A DNA stretch of 63,942 nucleotides, counting the filler. It is 4 parts of 4 records of this genome, joined end to end, with 100 filler letters (N's around TTAATTAATTAA, not from the genome) between each part and the next. Parts side by side here need not be neighbours in the genome. Positions count along the whole stretch, not along the records: positions 14,644 to 27,555 come from DRR723986_5030; positions 27,656 to 58,030 come from DRR723986_5036; 2 more parts are not named here. One strand, given 5' to 3'. Numbering within the stretch: the first letter of the stretch is position 1; every line of letters begins with the position of its first letter. The position numbers were made by a program, and so were the translations under genes. The notes below the pieces were generated by a model, which was not told the DNA's origin, ran no database searches, and saw nothing but the letters and a program-made list of their open reading frames with translations. This document shows positions 19,084 to 28,950 of this stretch, in pieces.

Positions 19084-19320
19084 TACTGCATCTCCTTGAT
19101 GAAACAAACTCTGCTTACCATCAAGCAGAGTTATCCGACGACTGGCGCGAATGCAGCAGGGTCTTGATACTCTTTTTCATAGCCTATCAGGGGGTAAAAC
19201 ACAATTCGCGGTGCGACATGATCGGTTAGAATTTCTTGATGAAAGGAAATTTCTTTCAATTCTTCAACTGGACGAGAAATGCCAGATTAGAAGGTAAAGA
19301 AGCTCAAGGATTCCACCTTC

Positions 19321-20925
19321 ATGCCACCATTGTCACCTTCGTCTAATGCATATGGCTATCCGTTGCTGATCAAACACTTGTTAACCGGATCGAACATTGC
19401 GTCCGCCTGCCAAGAGATCGTCAGCGGCACCGAAATGCGGCTGAGCTACGCGGACTTGGGCAAACGCGTGCGCCAACTGGCCAATTCTTTAAAGGTCAGT
19501 GGGATACGTGAGGGAATGAGCGTCGGCGTCATGGATTGGGATACACACCGTTATCTTGAGTGTTTTTTCGCGATCCCGATGATGGGCGCGACCCTTTTCA
19601 CGATCAACGTCCGTCTGTCTCCTGCCCAGGTCCTTTATACGATCAACCACGGCAGGCCGGACCTGATCATTGTGCACCGCGACTTCAAGCCGCTCGTTGA
19701 GGATATCAAATCGGGCTTTGATCGGGACATCATCATCGTGCCGATTGGCGACGGTGAAGGGTATGAAGAGTGGATAGGCGCGGCCCCGGGCAGCTTTGAC
19801 TTCCCGGACTTCGATGAAAACCAAACCGCAACCCTGTTTTATACGACCGGGACAACCGGCAATCCCAAGGGGGTGAGCTATTCACACCGGCAGTTGGTCC
19901 TTCACACACTGGGCCTGATCGCTGGTTTCGGCGCGTGGCCGGGGAATTCCGGTTTTCATCGCGGCGACGTCTACATGCCGCTGACACCCTTGTTTCACGT
20001 TCACGGCTGGGGATTTCCATATGCCGCAACGATGCTGGGACTGCGTCAGGTCTATCCCGGTCGATATGACCCTGACACAATCTTGCGATTGGTTGCCGAC
20101 GAAAACGTCACCTTTTCCCACTGCGTGCCCACGGTTCTCTCCATGGTGCTAGACCATCCGGGCTGCCCGCAAACTGACCTGCACAGATGGAAAGTGATCA
20201 TTGGTGGGGCCGCCTTGCCGCGAGGCCTGCAGGACCGGGCGGCGGCGGCAGGCATATCCTTGCATGCGGCCTATGGGATGTCCGAAACCTGTCCGTTTTT
20301 GACAGTGGCCGATTTGTCCAGCGACGACCCAGGGGTGCAGGCGCAAACCGGCTTTCCCGGCCCGCTTGTTGACCTTCGTGTTGTGACACCGGATATGCAG
20401 GAGGTCCCACATGATGGCGAAACAACCGGCGAAGTTGTTGTTCGGGCCCCGTGGTTGACACAAGGCTATCTGGACAACGCGCAAGCCTCAGATGAGCTTT
20501 GGGATGGTGGGTATCTGCATACCGGGGATGTTGGGTATATCCGCGAGAATGGGTCGTTGCAGATCACTGACCGCGTCAAGGATGTGATCAAGACCGGCGG
20601 CGAGTGGATTTCCTCTCTGGCACTGGAAAACATAGCATCGTCTTGTGGTGGCATCGAGGACGTCGCCGCGATCGGACTGCCGCACGCGAAGTGGGGCGAA
20701 CGGCCAGTGTTGGTCGCTCAAGCCGCAAAGGATGCCGACCCGGATCTTGTGCGCCAGAGCGTCATGGAAGAAATCCATTCGCGCGTTGACGCAGGTGAAC
20801 TTTCGAAGTGGGCAGTTCCTGACGAAATATTCTTTGTCACCAGCCTTCCCAAAACCAGCGTCGGCAAGCTCGACAAGAAACGCGTGCGGCAAGACATTTC
20901 AACTCGCGCGGGCTTAAAATCATGA
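19321..20925 (+). CDS. Acyl-CoA ligase (medium-chain/AlkK/DmdB-like AMP-binding enzyme)
   Basis: YTTGTTGNPKG, YGMSET, YLHTGD, DRVKDVIKTGGEWISS and PKTSVGKLDK motifs. Confidence 0.92.
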   Translation: MPPLSPSSNAYGYPLLIKHLLTGSNIASACQEIVSGTEMRLSYADLGKRVRQLANSLKVSGIREGMSVGVMDWDTHRYLECFFAIPMMGATLFTINVRLSPAQVLYTINHGRPDLIIVHRDFKPLVEDIKSGFDRDIIIVPIGDGEGYEEWIGAAPGSFDFPDFDENQTATLFYTTGTTGNPKGVSYSHRQLVLHTLGLIAGFGAWPGNSGFHRGDVYMPLTPLFHVHGWGFPYAATMLGLRQVYPGRYDPDTILRLVADENVTFSHCVPTVLSMVLDHPGCPQTDLHRWKVIIGGAALPRGLQDRAAAAGISLHAAYGMSETCPFLTVADLSSDDPGVQAQTGFPGPLVDLRVVTPDMQEVPHDGETTGEVVVRAPWLTQGYLDNAQASDELWDGGYLHTGDVGYIRENGSLQITDRVKDVIKTGGEWISSLALENIASSCGGIEDVAAIGLPHAKWGERPVLVAQAAKDADPDLVRQSVMEEIHSRVDAGELSKWAVPDEIFFVTSLPKTSVGKLDKKRVRQDISTRAGLKS

Positions 20926-21608
20926 CAGACAAGCAACGCCGTATTCAGGCGCTTATTCATTCCATTGTCACCTATCTGCAGGCTCATAGAGCTGCCACGC
21001 GCGGCGTCGATCTGACGTTGGACAAGCTGGCAGCCATGGACCTGTCTGACGAGAGGCTCATTGATATATCCGCCCAAGGAACCCGACATGAAGAGGTTCT
21101 GAATAACGCCATCGAAGGGGTTGTCGCCCCCGAATTGCAGGATATCGCAGGTTGTCTGAAAGCGGCCAAGGATGATCTGGTCTGGCGCGAGGACAACGCC
21201 CAATTCTATCCCCCCGGTGCCGATTTGGGAGAGGGATACACAAAGTGCAACCTGCATACCCTGCTCATCGGTCCCGATGCATGTGGGTATCACCATCCCG
21301 ACTTCAACCTTGGCATTTTCATGCTGGGCCCAAGGACGCTGTATCGCGACCACAACCACGACGCGCCAGAACTGTACCTGAACCTGTCCGAGAAATCCGG
21401 TTGGCGGTTTGGCAGCCGTGACTGGCAGGATTATCCGGCTGGATCACTTATCTGGAACGCGGCGGGCGATCCCCACGCCACAAGGGTCTATGACCAGCCG
21501 TTCATCTCGGTCTTTGTCTGGCTCGAGAACGTGCATTCACCCTGTAACGTGATCCATTTCGACGACTGGGCAGAGGTCGAACAGGATCTTGCCAAACAGT
21601 CCAATTGA
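20922..21608 (+). CDS. Dimethylsulfoniopropionate lyase family cupin (DddQ/DddL-like)
   Basis: Cupin motif 1 G.FMLGP..LYRDHNHDAPELYL and motif 2 AGSLIWN...PHATRV...P...VFVW; ATGA overlap with the ligase stop. Confidence 0.8.
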   Translation: MTDKQRRIQALIHSIVTYLQAHRAATRGVDLTLDKLAAMDLSDERLIDISAQGTRHEEVLNNAIEGVVAPELQDIAGCLKAAKDDLVWREDNAQFYPPGADLGEGYTKCNLHTLLIGPDACGYHHPDFNLGIFMLGPRTLYRDHNHDAPELYLNLSEKSGWRFGSRDWQDYPAGSLIWNAAGDPHATRVYDQPFISVFVWLENVHSPCNVIHFDDWAEVEQDLAKQSN

Positions 21609-21619
21609 GGTTTCCGAAC

Positions 21620-23740
21620 ATGATATCCATTAAACACACCGAGGGTGTCGTTTTCATTGAGCTGAATGCCCCACCGGTGAACGCCCTTGGCCTTAAGATG
21701 CGACAGGCGCTTTTTTCAGCCATTCACGACCTTGAATCTGATGACCAGGTCAAAGCCATCGTTCTGTGTTCGGCTCTGCCGCTCTTTTGCGGCGGCGCTG
21801 ATATCGTTGAGTTCCGCACCGGAGCTGTTTGGGACAAGCCAGACCTGCCGGACCTGTGTGTCACGATTGAAAACAGCAGGAAGCCGGTTATCGCAGCGAT
21901 AGCTGGCCCTGCCATGGGGGGGGCGCTGGAGATTGCGCTTGCCTGTGATTACCGTGTCGCGACTCCGGATGCCGTGTTGGGCCTGCCTGAGATCAAACTG
22001 GGGCTGCTGCCCGGTGCCGGCGGCACCCAGCGACTACCCCGGATTGCCGGGCTGGAAGCGGCAACGCAGATGATCCTGTCGGGTGATCCTGTGAAGGGCG
22101 AATATGCCCTGTCTTGCGGACTGGTCGACGCACTATTTGAGAACAACCAGGATTTTCGCGCGCATGTTTTGGGATTTGCCACCCGTGTCAGCCATGAGGG
22201 CGATCCAAAACGCAGTTGCGCGGATATGACCGTCACACACCCTGATCCAAAGGGATTTCTCGCGGGTTTCCGAGATCAGATTGCACCAAAGTCCAAGAAC
22301 CTTGTTGCTCCTGAACGATGCTTGGTATCCATCGAGGCCGCTTGCGAACTGCCGCTGACCGAGGGGTTGGCACAAGAGAAGGCAGGTTTCGCCGAACTGC
22401 TCGACACACCTCAATCGCGCGCCGGGCGGCATCTGTTCTTTGCAGAACGTGAATGCAATAAGGTTCCGGGCGTTACCCGTGCTGACCGACCACGTGACAT
22501 TGCATCGGTCGCCGTGATCGGTGCCGGAACAATGGGGCGTGGCATTGCCATCGCCTTTCTGCAGGCGGGGTATTCGGTCACGCTTCTGGAAACCACACAA
22601 ACTGCGCTGGAACAGGGGCTGGAAATGGTCCGGGAGCATTTCCAGCGCGCGACCCAAAAAGGGCGGCTCAGTGCCGATCGGGCAGAGGCAATCGCCGCCA
22701 ACGCCACCGGGACGCTCAGCTACGGCGACCTTGCAGAGGCCGACCTGATCATTGAAGCGGCGTTTGAAAGCATGAATGTCAAACGCCAAATTTTTGAAGC
22801 GTTAGACCGGCACGCAAAACCTGGCGCGATACTGGCCTCAAACACATCGACGTTGGATCTTGATGAAATCGCCGCAGTGACGTCACGCCCGGAGGATGTG
22901 ATTGGTCTCCATTTCTTCAGCCCGGCGAACGTCATGCGCTTGCTAGAGGTGGTGCGGGGCGCCAAGACCGCTCCCGATGTCATTGCAACGGCAATCACGG
23001 TCGCAAAGAAGATCCGAAAGCTCCCTGTCACAGTTGGCGTGTGCTACGGCTTTGTTGGAAACCGGATGCTGGAACCATACTTCCGCGAAGGATCCCGTCT
23101 GCTTCTTGAGGGGGCGACGCCGAAACAGGTGGATGACGTCCTTGAAGGCTTCGGCATGGCCATGGGCATTCACGCGATGGCAGATCTGGCCGGAGTCGAT
23201 GTGGGCGCCCGCGTGCGTCAGGAACGGCGTAGTGAAATCGCGCATGACCCGACATACCAGGCTGTGCAGGACAGGTTGTTTGAACTAGGCCGACTGGGTC
23301 AGAAAACCGGGCGAGGAAGCTATGTCTACGAGGGACGGACACGGGTCGAAGACCCTGAGATAGTTCAAATCAGTGCCCATTTGGCGGACTTGCATGGCGT
23401 GAAGCGCAGGGAAATCGACGATCAGGAAATCCTTGAGCGTTGTCTGTTCCCCCTGATCAACGAGGGCTTCTTGATTCTTGAAGAGGGCATTGCAACGCGC
23501 TCGGGTGATTGCGACCTGATCTGGACCAACGGCTATGGCTTTCCGAACTGGCGCGGCGGCCCGATGCACTATGCCGACGAGATTGGATTGAGCCACGTGC
23601 TGGAACGCATGAACCACTATCGGGAATCGCTTGGCGCCTATGGTGAGATGTGGTTCACGCCTACGCCTTTGTTGGAAGAACTCGCAACCTCGGGCGTGAC
23701 ACTTGCCGCATATTTTGATGCCAAAAAGGAAAAATCATGA
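21620..23740 (+). CDS. Bifunctional enoyl-CoA hydratase / 3-hydroxyacyl-CoA dehydrogenase (FadB/FadN-type)
   Basis: [71 protein letters not shown]. Confidence 0.95.
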   Translation: MISIKHTEGVVFIELNAPPVNALGLKMRQALFSAIHDLESDDQVKAIVLCSALPLFCGGADIVEFRTGAVWDKPDLPDLCVTIENSRKPVIAAIAGPAMGGALEIALACDYRVATPDAVLGLPEIKLGLLPGAGGTQRLPRIAGLEAATQMILSGDPVKGEYALSCGLVDALFENNQDFRAHVLGFATRVSHEGDPKRSCADMTVTHPDPKGFLAGFRDQIAPKSKNLVAPERCLVSIEAACELPLTEGLAQEKAGFAELLDTPQSRAGRHLFFAERECNKVPGVTRADRPRDIASVAVIGAGTMGRGIAIAFLQAGYSVTLLETTQTALEQGLEMVREHFQRATQKGRLSADRAEAIAANATGTLSYGDLAEADLIIEAAFESMNVKRQIFEALDRHAKPGAILASNTSTLDLDEIAAVTSRPEDVIGLHFFSPANVMRLLEVVRGAKTAPDVIATAITVAKKIRKLPVTVGVCYGFVGNRMLEPYFREGSRLLLEGATPKQVDDVLEGFGMAMGIHAMADLAGVDVGARVRQERRSEIAHDPTYQAVQDRLFELGRLGQKTGRGSYVYEGRTRVEDPEIVQISAHLADLHGVKRREIDDQEILERCLFPLINEGFLILEEGIATRSGDCDLIWTNGYGFPNWRGGPMHYADEIGLSHVLERMNHYRESLGAYGEMWFTPTPLLEELATSGVTLAAYFDAKKEKS

Positions 23741-24921
23741 GAGAAGCCCTTATCGTCTCAACCGCTCGAACCCCTATTGGGGTTGCCTTCAAAGGTGCGC
23801 TGAACAACATCAAATCCCCTACCATGATGGGGCACGCCATGCAGCACGCGGTTGAACGTGCAGGCGTGGACCCCGGTTCGATCGAAGATGTCGTCATCGG
23901 ATCGGTCCTGACTGCGGGAACAGCAGGCATGAATGTTGCCCGGCTTTCTGCGCTGGCGGCGGGCCTTCCCAATACGGTGGCAGGACAGACGATCGACAGG
24001 CAATGCTCCTCCGGGTTGATGGCCATTGCGACGGCTGCAAAGCAGGTCATTGTGGATGGTCAGAACGTTGCCGTGGCTGGCGGGCAGGAGAATATTTCCG
24101 CCCTGCAGAATGCATATCTGAAATGGGCAGGCGATGAGAAAGACCCAAATGTTATCGCCCAATCAGAGCATGCCTATATGCCGATGCTGATGACGGCGGA
24201 AAATGTGGCGCGAGCTTATGGGATCAGCCGCGAGGCGCAGGATGAATACGCCGCCTTGTCGCAAGCCCGGACGGCCCGGGCCCAGGCTGCTGGCGCTTTT
24301 GATGACGAGATCGTCCCGATCACCGCGATCAAACGCGTCAAGAACCGCGAAACCGGGGAGGAAACCCTGGAAGAAGTGACCTTGTCACAAGACGAAGGCA
24401 ACCGGCCGGGCACGACGGCCGAAACTCTTGGCCAGTTGAACCCGGTTGTCGAAGGAGGCTTGATCACGGCCGGAAACGCAAGCCAACTTTCCGATGGTGC
24501 CTCGGCGTGTGTGCTCATGGAAGGCAAAATGGCTGAGCAGCAGGGCCTCACACCGCTCGGTATCTATCGCGGCATGGCTGTTGCAGGAAACGCACCGGAA
24601 GAGATGGGTGTCGGCCCGATCTATGCCATTCCAAAACTGTTGAAGACTGCAGGTCTTCGTATGAGCGACATTGGCCTTTGGGAGCTTAACGAAGCCTTTG
24701 CCTGCCAGGTTCTGTATTGCCGTGACCGTCTTGGGATCGATCCCGAAATCTACAACGTGAACGGCGGTGCAATATCGATTGGCCACCCCTACGGCATGAC
24801 AGGTGCGAGACAAGTCGGGCATGCTCTGATTGAGGGGAGGCGTCGTGGCGTGAAATACGTGGTGACCTCCATGTGTGTCGGCGGAGGCATGGGCGCCGCA
24901 GCACTGTTCGAAGTCGCCTGA
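23737..24921 (+). CDS. Acetyl-CoA C-acyltransferase (thiolase)
   Basis: [22 protein letters not shown] and SMCVGGGMG with catalytic residues intact; ATGA overlap with the upstream gene. Confidence 0.95.
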   Translation: MREALIVSTARTPIGVAFKGALNNIKSPTMMGHAMQHAVERAGVDPGSIEDVVIGSVLTAGTAGMNVARLSALAAGLPNTVAGQTIDRQCSSGLMAIATAAKQVIVDGQNVAVAGGQENISALQNAYLKWAGDEKDPNVIAQSEHAYMPMLMTAENVARAYGISREAQDEYAALSQARTARAQAAGAFDDEIVPITAIKRVKNRETGEETLEEVTLSQDEGNRPGTTAETLGQLNPVVEGGLITAGNASQLSDGASACVLMEGKMAEQQGLTPLGIYRGMAVAGNAPEEMGVGPIYAIPKLLKTAGLRMSDIGLWELNEAFACQVLYCRDRLGIDPEIYNVNGGAISIGHPYGMTGARQVGHALIEGRRRGVKYVVTSMCVGGGMGAAALFEVA

Positions 24922-24967
24922 GCCATGTTTCCTGTCACCCGTAATCGGTGATAGCCCTTTCAGCGTC

Positions 24968-25987
24968 ATGACCAATGTCGCGCCAACGATCCTTTCCACG
25001 GTTTCCAGCCAGTTTGTCGATGACTGGCTGGCGGCGCTGCGTGCGCTGTGCACAGAGGAGCACATGGCGTCCCTGCTTGGCCGGTCCGGTCTGAACGCGG
25101 ATACGCGCGCGCCGAATGGTCGCGTCACGCTGGATCAGATCGTATGCCTCTATCAACTTGCCGCAGTTGAGACCGGTGACGAGATGATGGGGCTTTGGCG
25201 CAGACCCATCCGGCCGAGGGCCCTGCAACATCTTCTGACCACCGTCAGGGAAGCCACGTCTCTTGCTTCTGCACTCTACCGGTTTTCCACCTTCTGGAAT
25301 TTGCTGCTGGATGACTATCAGTTTGATCTGGATGATACTGACAGCGTTTTGGTGCTGACCCTGAAACCACAAGGCGACGTGCCGCTTCAGCGGTTTGGGC
25401 ATATGCTGATCCTTAAACTTGCCCACGGGCTCATGTCTTGGCTGGCAGGGCATGAGGTTCCGGTTAAGGCTGTCGATTTCGCGTTTGACCGCCCGGACTT
25501 TGATCAGGATTACGCGATTATCTTTCCTGCACCGCTGCGGTTTGGCCAGCCCGCCACCGCAATCTCGTTCGATCCGAATGCACTTGGTCCCGTGCAGACG
25601 CGCAGCACCGCTGATCTTGACCGGTTCCTGCAAAACGCGCCCCGGGACTGGATCTTCACCTCTTCACGCGAGCACACCCAATCGCTACGGGTGCGCACCT
25701 ATCTGGGTCAAACGGGATGGGAGGCGGCGACCCTGACCCGGACAGCATCCGCAATGCACATGGCCCCGCGCACCCTGATCCGTAGGTTGCAGGCGGATGG
25801 CACGTCGTTTCAGGCGATCAAGGATGCCCTGCGCCGCGACATCGCGATCCGCGACCTGCAGGCGGGGCGCAAAAGCGTCGAGGCCATCGCCCATGATGTC
25901 GGATTTTCCTCGGCAGCAAATTTCCACAGGGCCTTTCAACGCTGGACCGGCAGCACCCCCAGCTCGTATCGCAGGAATCAAACGTAA
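24968..25987 (+). CDS. AraC family transcriptional regulator
   Basis: RTLIRRLQADGTSF...IAHDVGFSSAANFHRAFQRWTGSTPSSYR. Confidence 0.9.
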   Translation: MTNVAPTILSTVSSQFVDDWLAALRALCTEEHMASLLGRSGLNADTRAPNGRVTLDQIVCLYQLAAVETGDEMMGLWRRPIRPRALQHLLTTVREATSLASALYRFSTFWNLLLDDYQFDLDDTDSVLVLTLKPQGDVPLQRFGHMLILKLAHGLMSWLAGHEVPVKAVDFAFDRPDFDQDYAIIFPAPLRFGQPATAISFDPNALGPVQTRSTADLDRFLQNAPRDWIFTSSREHTQSLRVRTYLGQTGWEAATLTRTASAMHMAPRTLIRRLQADGTSFQAIKDALRRDIAIRDLQAGRKSVEAIAHDVGFSSAANFHRAFQRWTGSTPSSYRRNQT

Positions 25988-26182
25988 AGCGCCCGTTTTG
26001 TCACTTTTGGACAATGATCTGTCAGCGCACGAGATGGAGCTTGGCGGGCTGACTCGTTAAATCTTGTTTCAGATAAAGCGTTCTCAGCTGAAGTTTCGCC
26101 TTCATCGTTCATCAATCCGGCCATCCATGGCTGCCGGGTTGTGGCGTCATATGAGAATAATCGCCCTTGAAAGGACCCGCCA

Positions 26183-27361
26183 ATGTCAGACAAACTCGCC
26201 ACCATACTCCAAGCCGCACGCGACCACGCCGAGCAGGTCATCCTGCCCAATGTGGACGCCTGGAACGCCGCGAAGACATGGCCCCGTGAGGCATCGGACA
26301 AAGCCGGGGCCGCTGGTTTGACGGGACTCTACGCCCCCGAAGAGTTTGGCGGCCAGGGCTTGCCCCTTTCAGAGGGCATACAGGTCTACGAACAACTGGG
26401 GCTGGGCGATGGCGCTTATGCCTTTGCCTTGTCGATGCATAACATCTGCACCTTCGCGGGCTGCGGCTATGGCACGGATGTCTTCAAGGAAAAATGGGCA
26501 CGGGATCTGACCTCGGGCCGCAAACTGGCGAACTTTGCGCTGACCGAACCGCAATCCGGATCAGACCCGATGAATATGTACAGCCGGGCCACGATCAATG
26601 GCGACGGCACCTGGACGATCAGTGGCGCGAAGGCATGGGTCAGCCTGGCGACCGAGGCTGATATCTATTTCACCGTGGTCAAGACCAGTGACGCACCCGG
26701 CCACAAGGATATGGCGATGATCGCCATTCCCGCGGATGCGCCGGGTCTCAGCTTTGGCCCGCGCTACGACACCCCGTCCTACAACTTCCTGCCTCTAGCC
26801 GAGATGTACATGGACAAAGTCGTGGTTAGTGAAGACAACATCATCCTGCCCACTGGCCAGGGTCTGCAAGGCTCACTCATGGCGATCGATATCGCACGCG
26901 TTTCGATTGCGTCGGGATGCTGCGGATTGATGCAGGCGGCTTTGGATACGGCGCTGTCCTATTCCAAGAACCGTACGATGTTTGGCGGCAAGAACCTCGG
27001 TCTGGACGGGATCCAATGGATGCTGGGCGAGGTGGCCACCGATCTGGAGGCGTCCAAGCTGCTTTATCGAAAGGCGGCAGAAGCCCTTGGCACGCCCGAG
27101 GGGCCGCTTATGGCCGCCCATGCCAAACGGTTCGTGCCAGATGCCGCAGTGAAGGCTGCGAACACCTGCACGCAAGTGTTGGGTGGTATGGGGCTGTTGC
27201 AGCCCTATGGTCTGGACCGTTTGTCCCGCCTCACACAAATGCTGCGGATCGTGGACGGTACAACCGAAATCAGCCGTGTAGTTATCGGGCGGGCCCTGCA
27301 AAAACGAGCGGCGACCTTGCCTGATCTGCCAGTACCGAAAGGATTTGGTGAAACCGGCTGA
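26183..27361 (+). CDS. Acyl-CoA dehydrogenase family protein
   Basis: [47 protein letters not shown]. Confidence 0.92.
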   Translation: MSDKLATILQAARDHAEQVILPNVDAWNAAKTWPREASDKAGAAGLTGLYAPEEFGGQGLPLSEGIQVYEQLGLGDGAYAFALSMHNICTFAGCGYGTDVFKEKWARDLTSGRKLANFALTEPQSGSDPMNMYSRATINGDGTWTISGAKAWVSLATEADIYFTVVKTSDAPGHKDMAMIAIPADAPGLSFGPRYDTPSYNFLPLAEMYMDKVVVSEDNIILPTGQGLQGSLMAIDIARVSIASGCCGLMQAALDTALSYSKNRTMFGGKNLGLDGIQWMLGEVATDLEASKLLYRKAAEALGTPEGPLMAAHAKRFVPDAAVKAANTCTQVLGGMGLLQPYGLDRLSRLTQMLRIVDGTTEISRVVIGRALQKRAATLPDLPVPKGFGETG

Positions 27362-27441
27362 ACATCCCAGTTCCTGGAGAAACGGAACCCACCTGAAAAT
27401 CTCTTCAGAAATCGGTAAAATCGAATGTCCGGCCGTACACG

Positions 27442-27555
27442 TGTGGCCGGTTACTCGAGATTGCAGACCTTGGTGCAAACGCAGCGAATTGGTGCTTTGT
27501 CCGCATCTCGGTCGTTGCTGCAGACTGCAGCGAATGACAGGTCTCGGATCCGGTG
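27442..27555 (+). repeat. Cluster 4: tandem array of the 30-bp palindromic unit at the contig end
   Basis: Unit 27442-27471, linker ggtgcaaacgcagcg, unit 27487-27516, linker gctgcagactgcagcg, then a third unit from 27533 (aatgac...) cut by the contig end; period 45-46 bp. Confidence 0.8.
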
Positions 27556-27655
27556 NNNNNNNNNNNNNNNNNNNNNNNNNNNNNNNNNNNNNNNNNNNNT
27601 TAATTAATTAANNNNNNNNNNNNNNNNNNNNNNNNNNNNNNNNNNNNNNNNNNNN
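27556..27655. other. Artificial contig linker
   Basis: N44-TTAATTAATTAA-N44. Confidence 0.99.
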
Positions 27656-27656
27656 C

Positions 27657-27752
27657 GTCCACTGCAAGACCTGCGACATCAAGGACCCGAACGGCAACAT
27701 CAACTGGACCGTTCCGGAAGGCTCCGGTGGTCCGAACTATCCGAACATGTAA
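27657..27752 (+). CDS. Electron transfer flavoprotein-ubiquinone oxidoreductase, 3' end only
   Basis: Manual translation [31 protein letters not shown], the conserved ETF-QO Fe-S C-terminus. Confidence 0.9.
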   Translation, partial: VHCKTCDIKDPNGNINWTVPEGSGGPNYPNM

Positions 27753-27780
27753 GGTTCGCTGCCAAACTGGAAAACATTCA

Positions 27781-27809
27781 AAGCCACGGGGAAACCCGTG
27801 GTTTTTTTT
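27781..27809 (+). terminator. Rho-independent terminator of the ETF-QO gene
   Basis: GCCACGGG-gaaa-CCCGTGGT followed by a T run. Confidence 0.9.
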
Positions 27810-27817
27810 GTTCCTTG

Positions 27818-28080
27818 AAAAAACGAACAGCACCGGAAAGGAAGCCTTCCCGGTGCTGCAGTCTTGCGGCCGATGGGTCGTAATCAGGCTGGCGTATGTG
27901 GGGGTCCAGCCTGTTGCGGTTGTCAAACACACGGACAAGGCCGAGTGGACATGCCACTCCGCTTGCTGCCGCGTGGTTGCCCGCGCCACAAGTTCGTACC
28001 CGTATTAACAACGGGCAATTCTTATGAGGTCGTTGGTCCCGATGGAGCCAGCGTGCACATTTATCCCAGAGATGATCTGG
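27818..28080 (-). ncRNA. Putative small RNA, copy A (5' end uncertain)
   Basis: Minus-strand terminator GCACCGGGAAGGC-ttcc-TTTCCGGTGC...TTTTTT with no credible ORF to terminate; 3' region homologous to copy B. Confidence 0.5.
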
Positions 28081-28561
28081 ATTTTTTTCGGGTTTCGATT
28101 TGTTTAATTCTGTTAACCAAAACCGTGATGGCGCCGGAATAAACTCCCCCTACGGCAAGGTCAAATAAATAATGAGACGAATAAAAACTTGTTATGACTC
28201 CAAAAGACAAAATTATACCAACTGGTCAAAAAATGCCCGGAATACGCCTCAACTGAAAACACGGAGCCTGGAAAATAAGGGTTGTCCGAAAATACCGATC
28301 AATACATCGCGATATTTGACAGTATAACTATTGCCGGCTTTTTCCGTTTACAAACAAGGCGATAAGGAACTTATCGACCTTCAGAGGGTCTATAAATTTT
28401 TTCTATATAACAATAAATTAAGAAAATGAATTAGCCAATTCTTTGAAATCTAAGCGTTTATTTCAACCACTCAACCATCAACTCCATCTGAAGTTGTTCG
28501 TCAAATCCTTCGCCATTTCACCAAAAACAGACTAACTAGCTGAAATTACTGATAAATCTAT

Positions 28562-28570
28562 TTATCCACA
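28562..28570 (+). promoter_or_regulatory. Perfect DnaA box
   Basis: TTATCCACA within the AT-rich intergenic region; single copy. Confidence 0.35.
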
Positions 28571-28649
28571 TACCAAATAGCGACCAGTTGGTTGTGATTG
28601 CAGTCTCGCGTTGGTTAATTTACTTTTACTTTCACGGGGCAAATTTGTA

Positions 28650-28915
28650 GCAAATCACCAAGATCTTGGTGACTTTCTACAAGTTCTTCGCGGAGTTCCC
28701 GCGGTTTTCCCGAAAGCTTAACGAGATCGAGCCGCGCAAGCGGTTGGATACCTTGTGGACAGGAAGACAGCAGGGTCATAACCAGCCGGCGGCGGTTCTG
28801 GTTCGGATCAGGCGGTTCATCCACCAAATTCATTCAGCACTGTTTCAACAGTTCTGAAACCCATCGACCACAAGGTTCGGCACCGGGAAGGCCACTTCCC
28901 GGTGCAATTTTTTTC
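28650..28915 (+). ncRNA. Putative small RNA, copy B (5' end uncertain)
   Basis: Plus-strand terminator GCACCGGGAAG-gcca-CTTCCCGGTGC-aaTTTTTTT at 28880-28914; CCGC-GCAA-GCGG GNRA hairpin at 28732-28743; homologous to copy A. Confidence 0.5.
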
Positions 28916-28950
28916 ACATCACCATGAACTGCGACGTAACCCGTCAGTCG

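Noticed and set aside
20922-21608. Naming the cupin dddQ or dddL
   Set aside because: Family motifs are present but orthology cannot be established without a phylogeny; many family members have weak or no DMSP lyase activity.
28100-28650. AT-rich region with a DnaA box as a possible oriC
   Set aside because: Only one perfect DnaA box and none of the usual origin-flanking genes (hemE, dnaA, parAB, repABC); better explained as a promoter region.
27600-28857. Short ORFs of 63-129 aa in the ETF-QO/rhlE intergenic region
   Set aside because: They run through terminators or the linker, lack clear RBSs and have no protein-like motifs.
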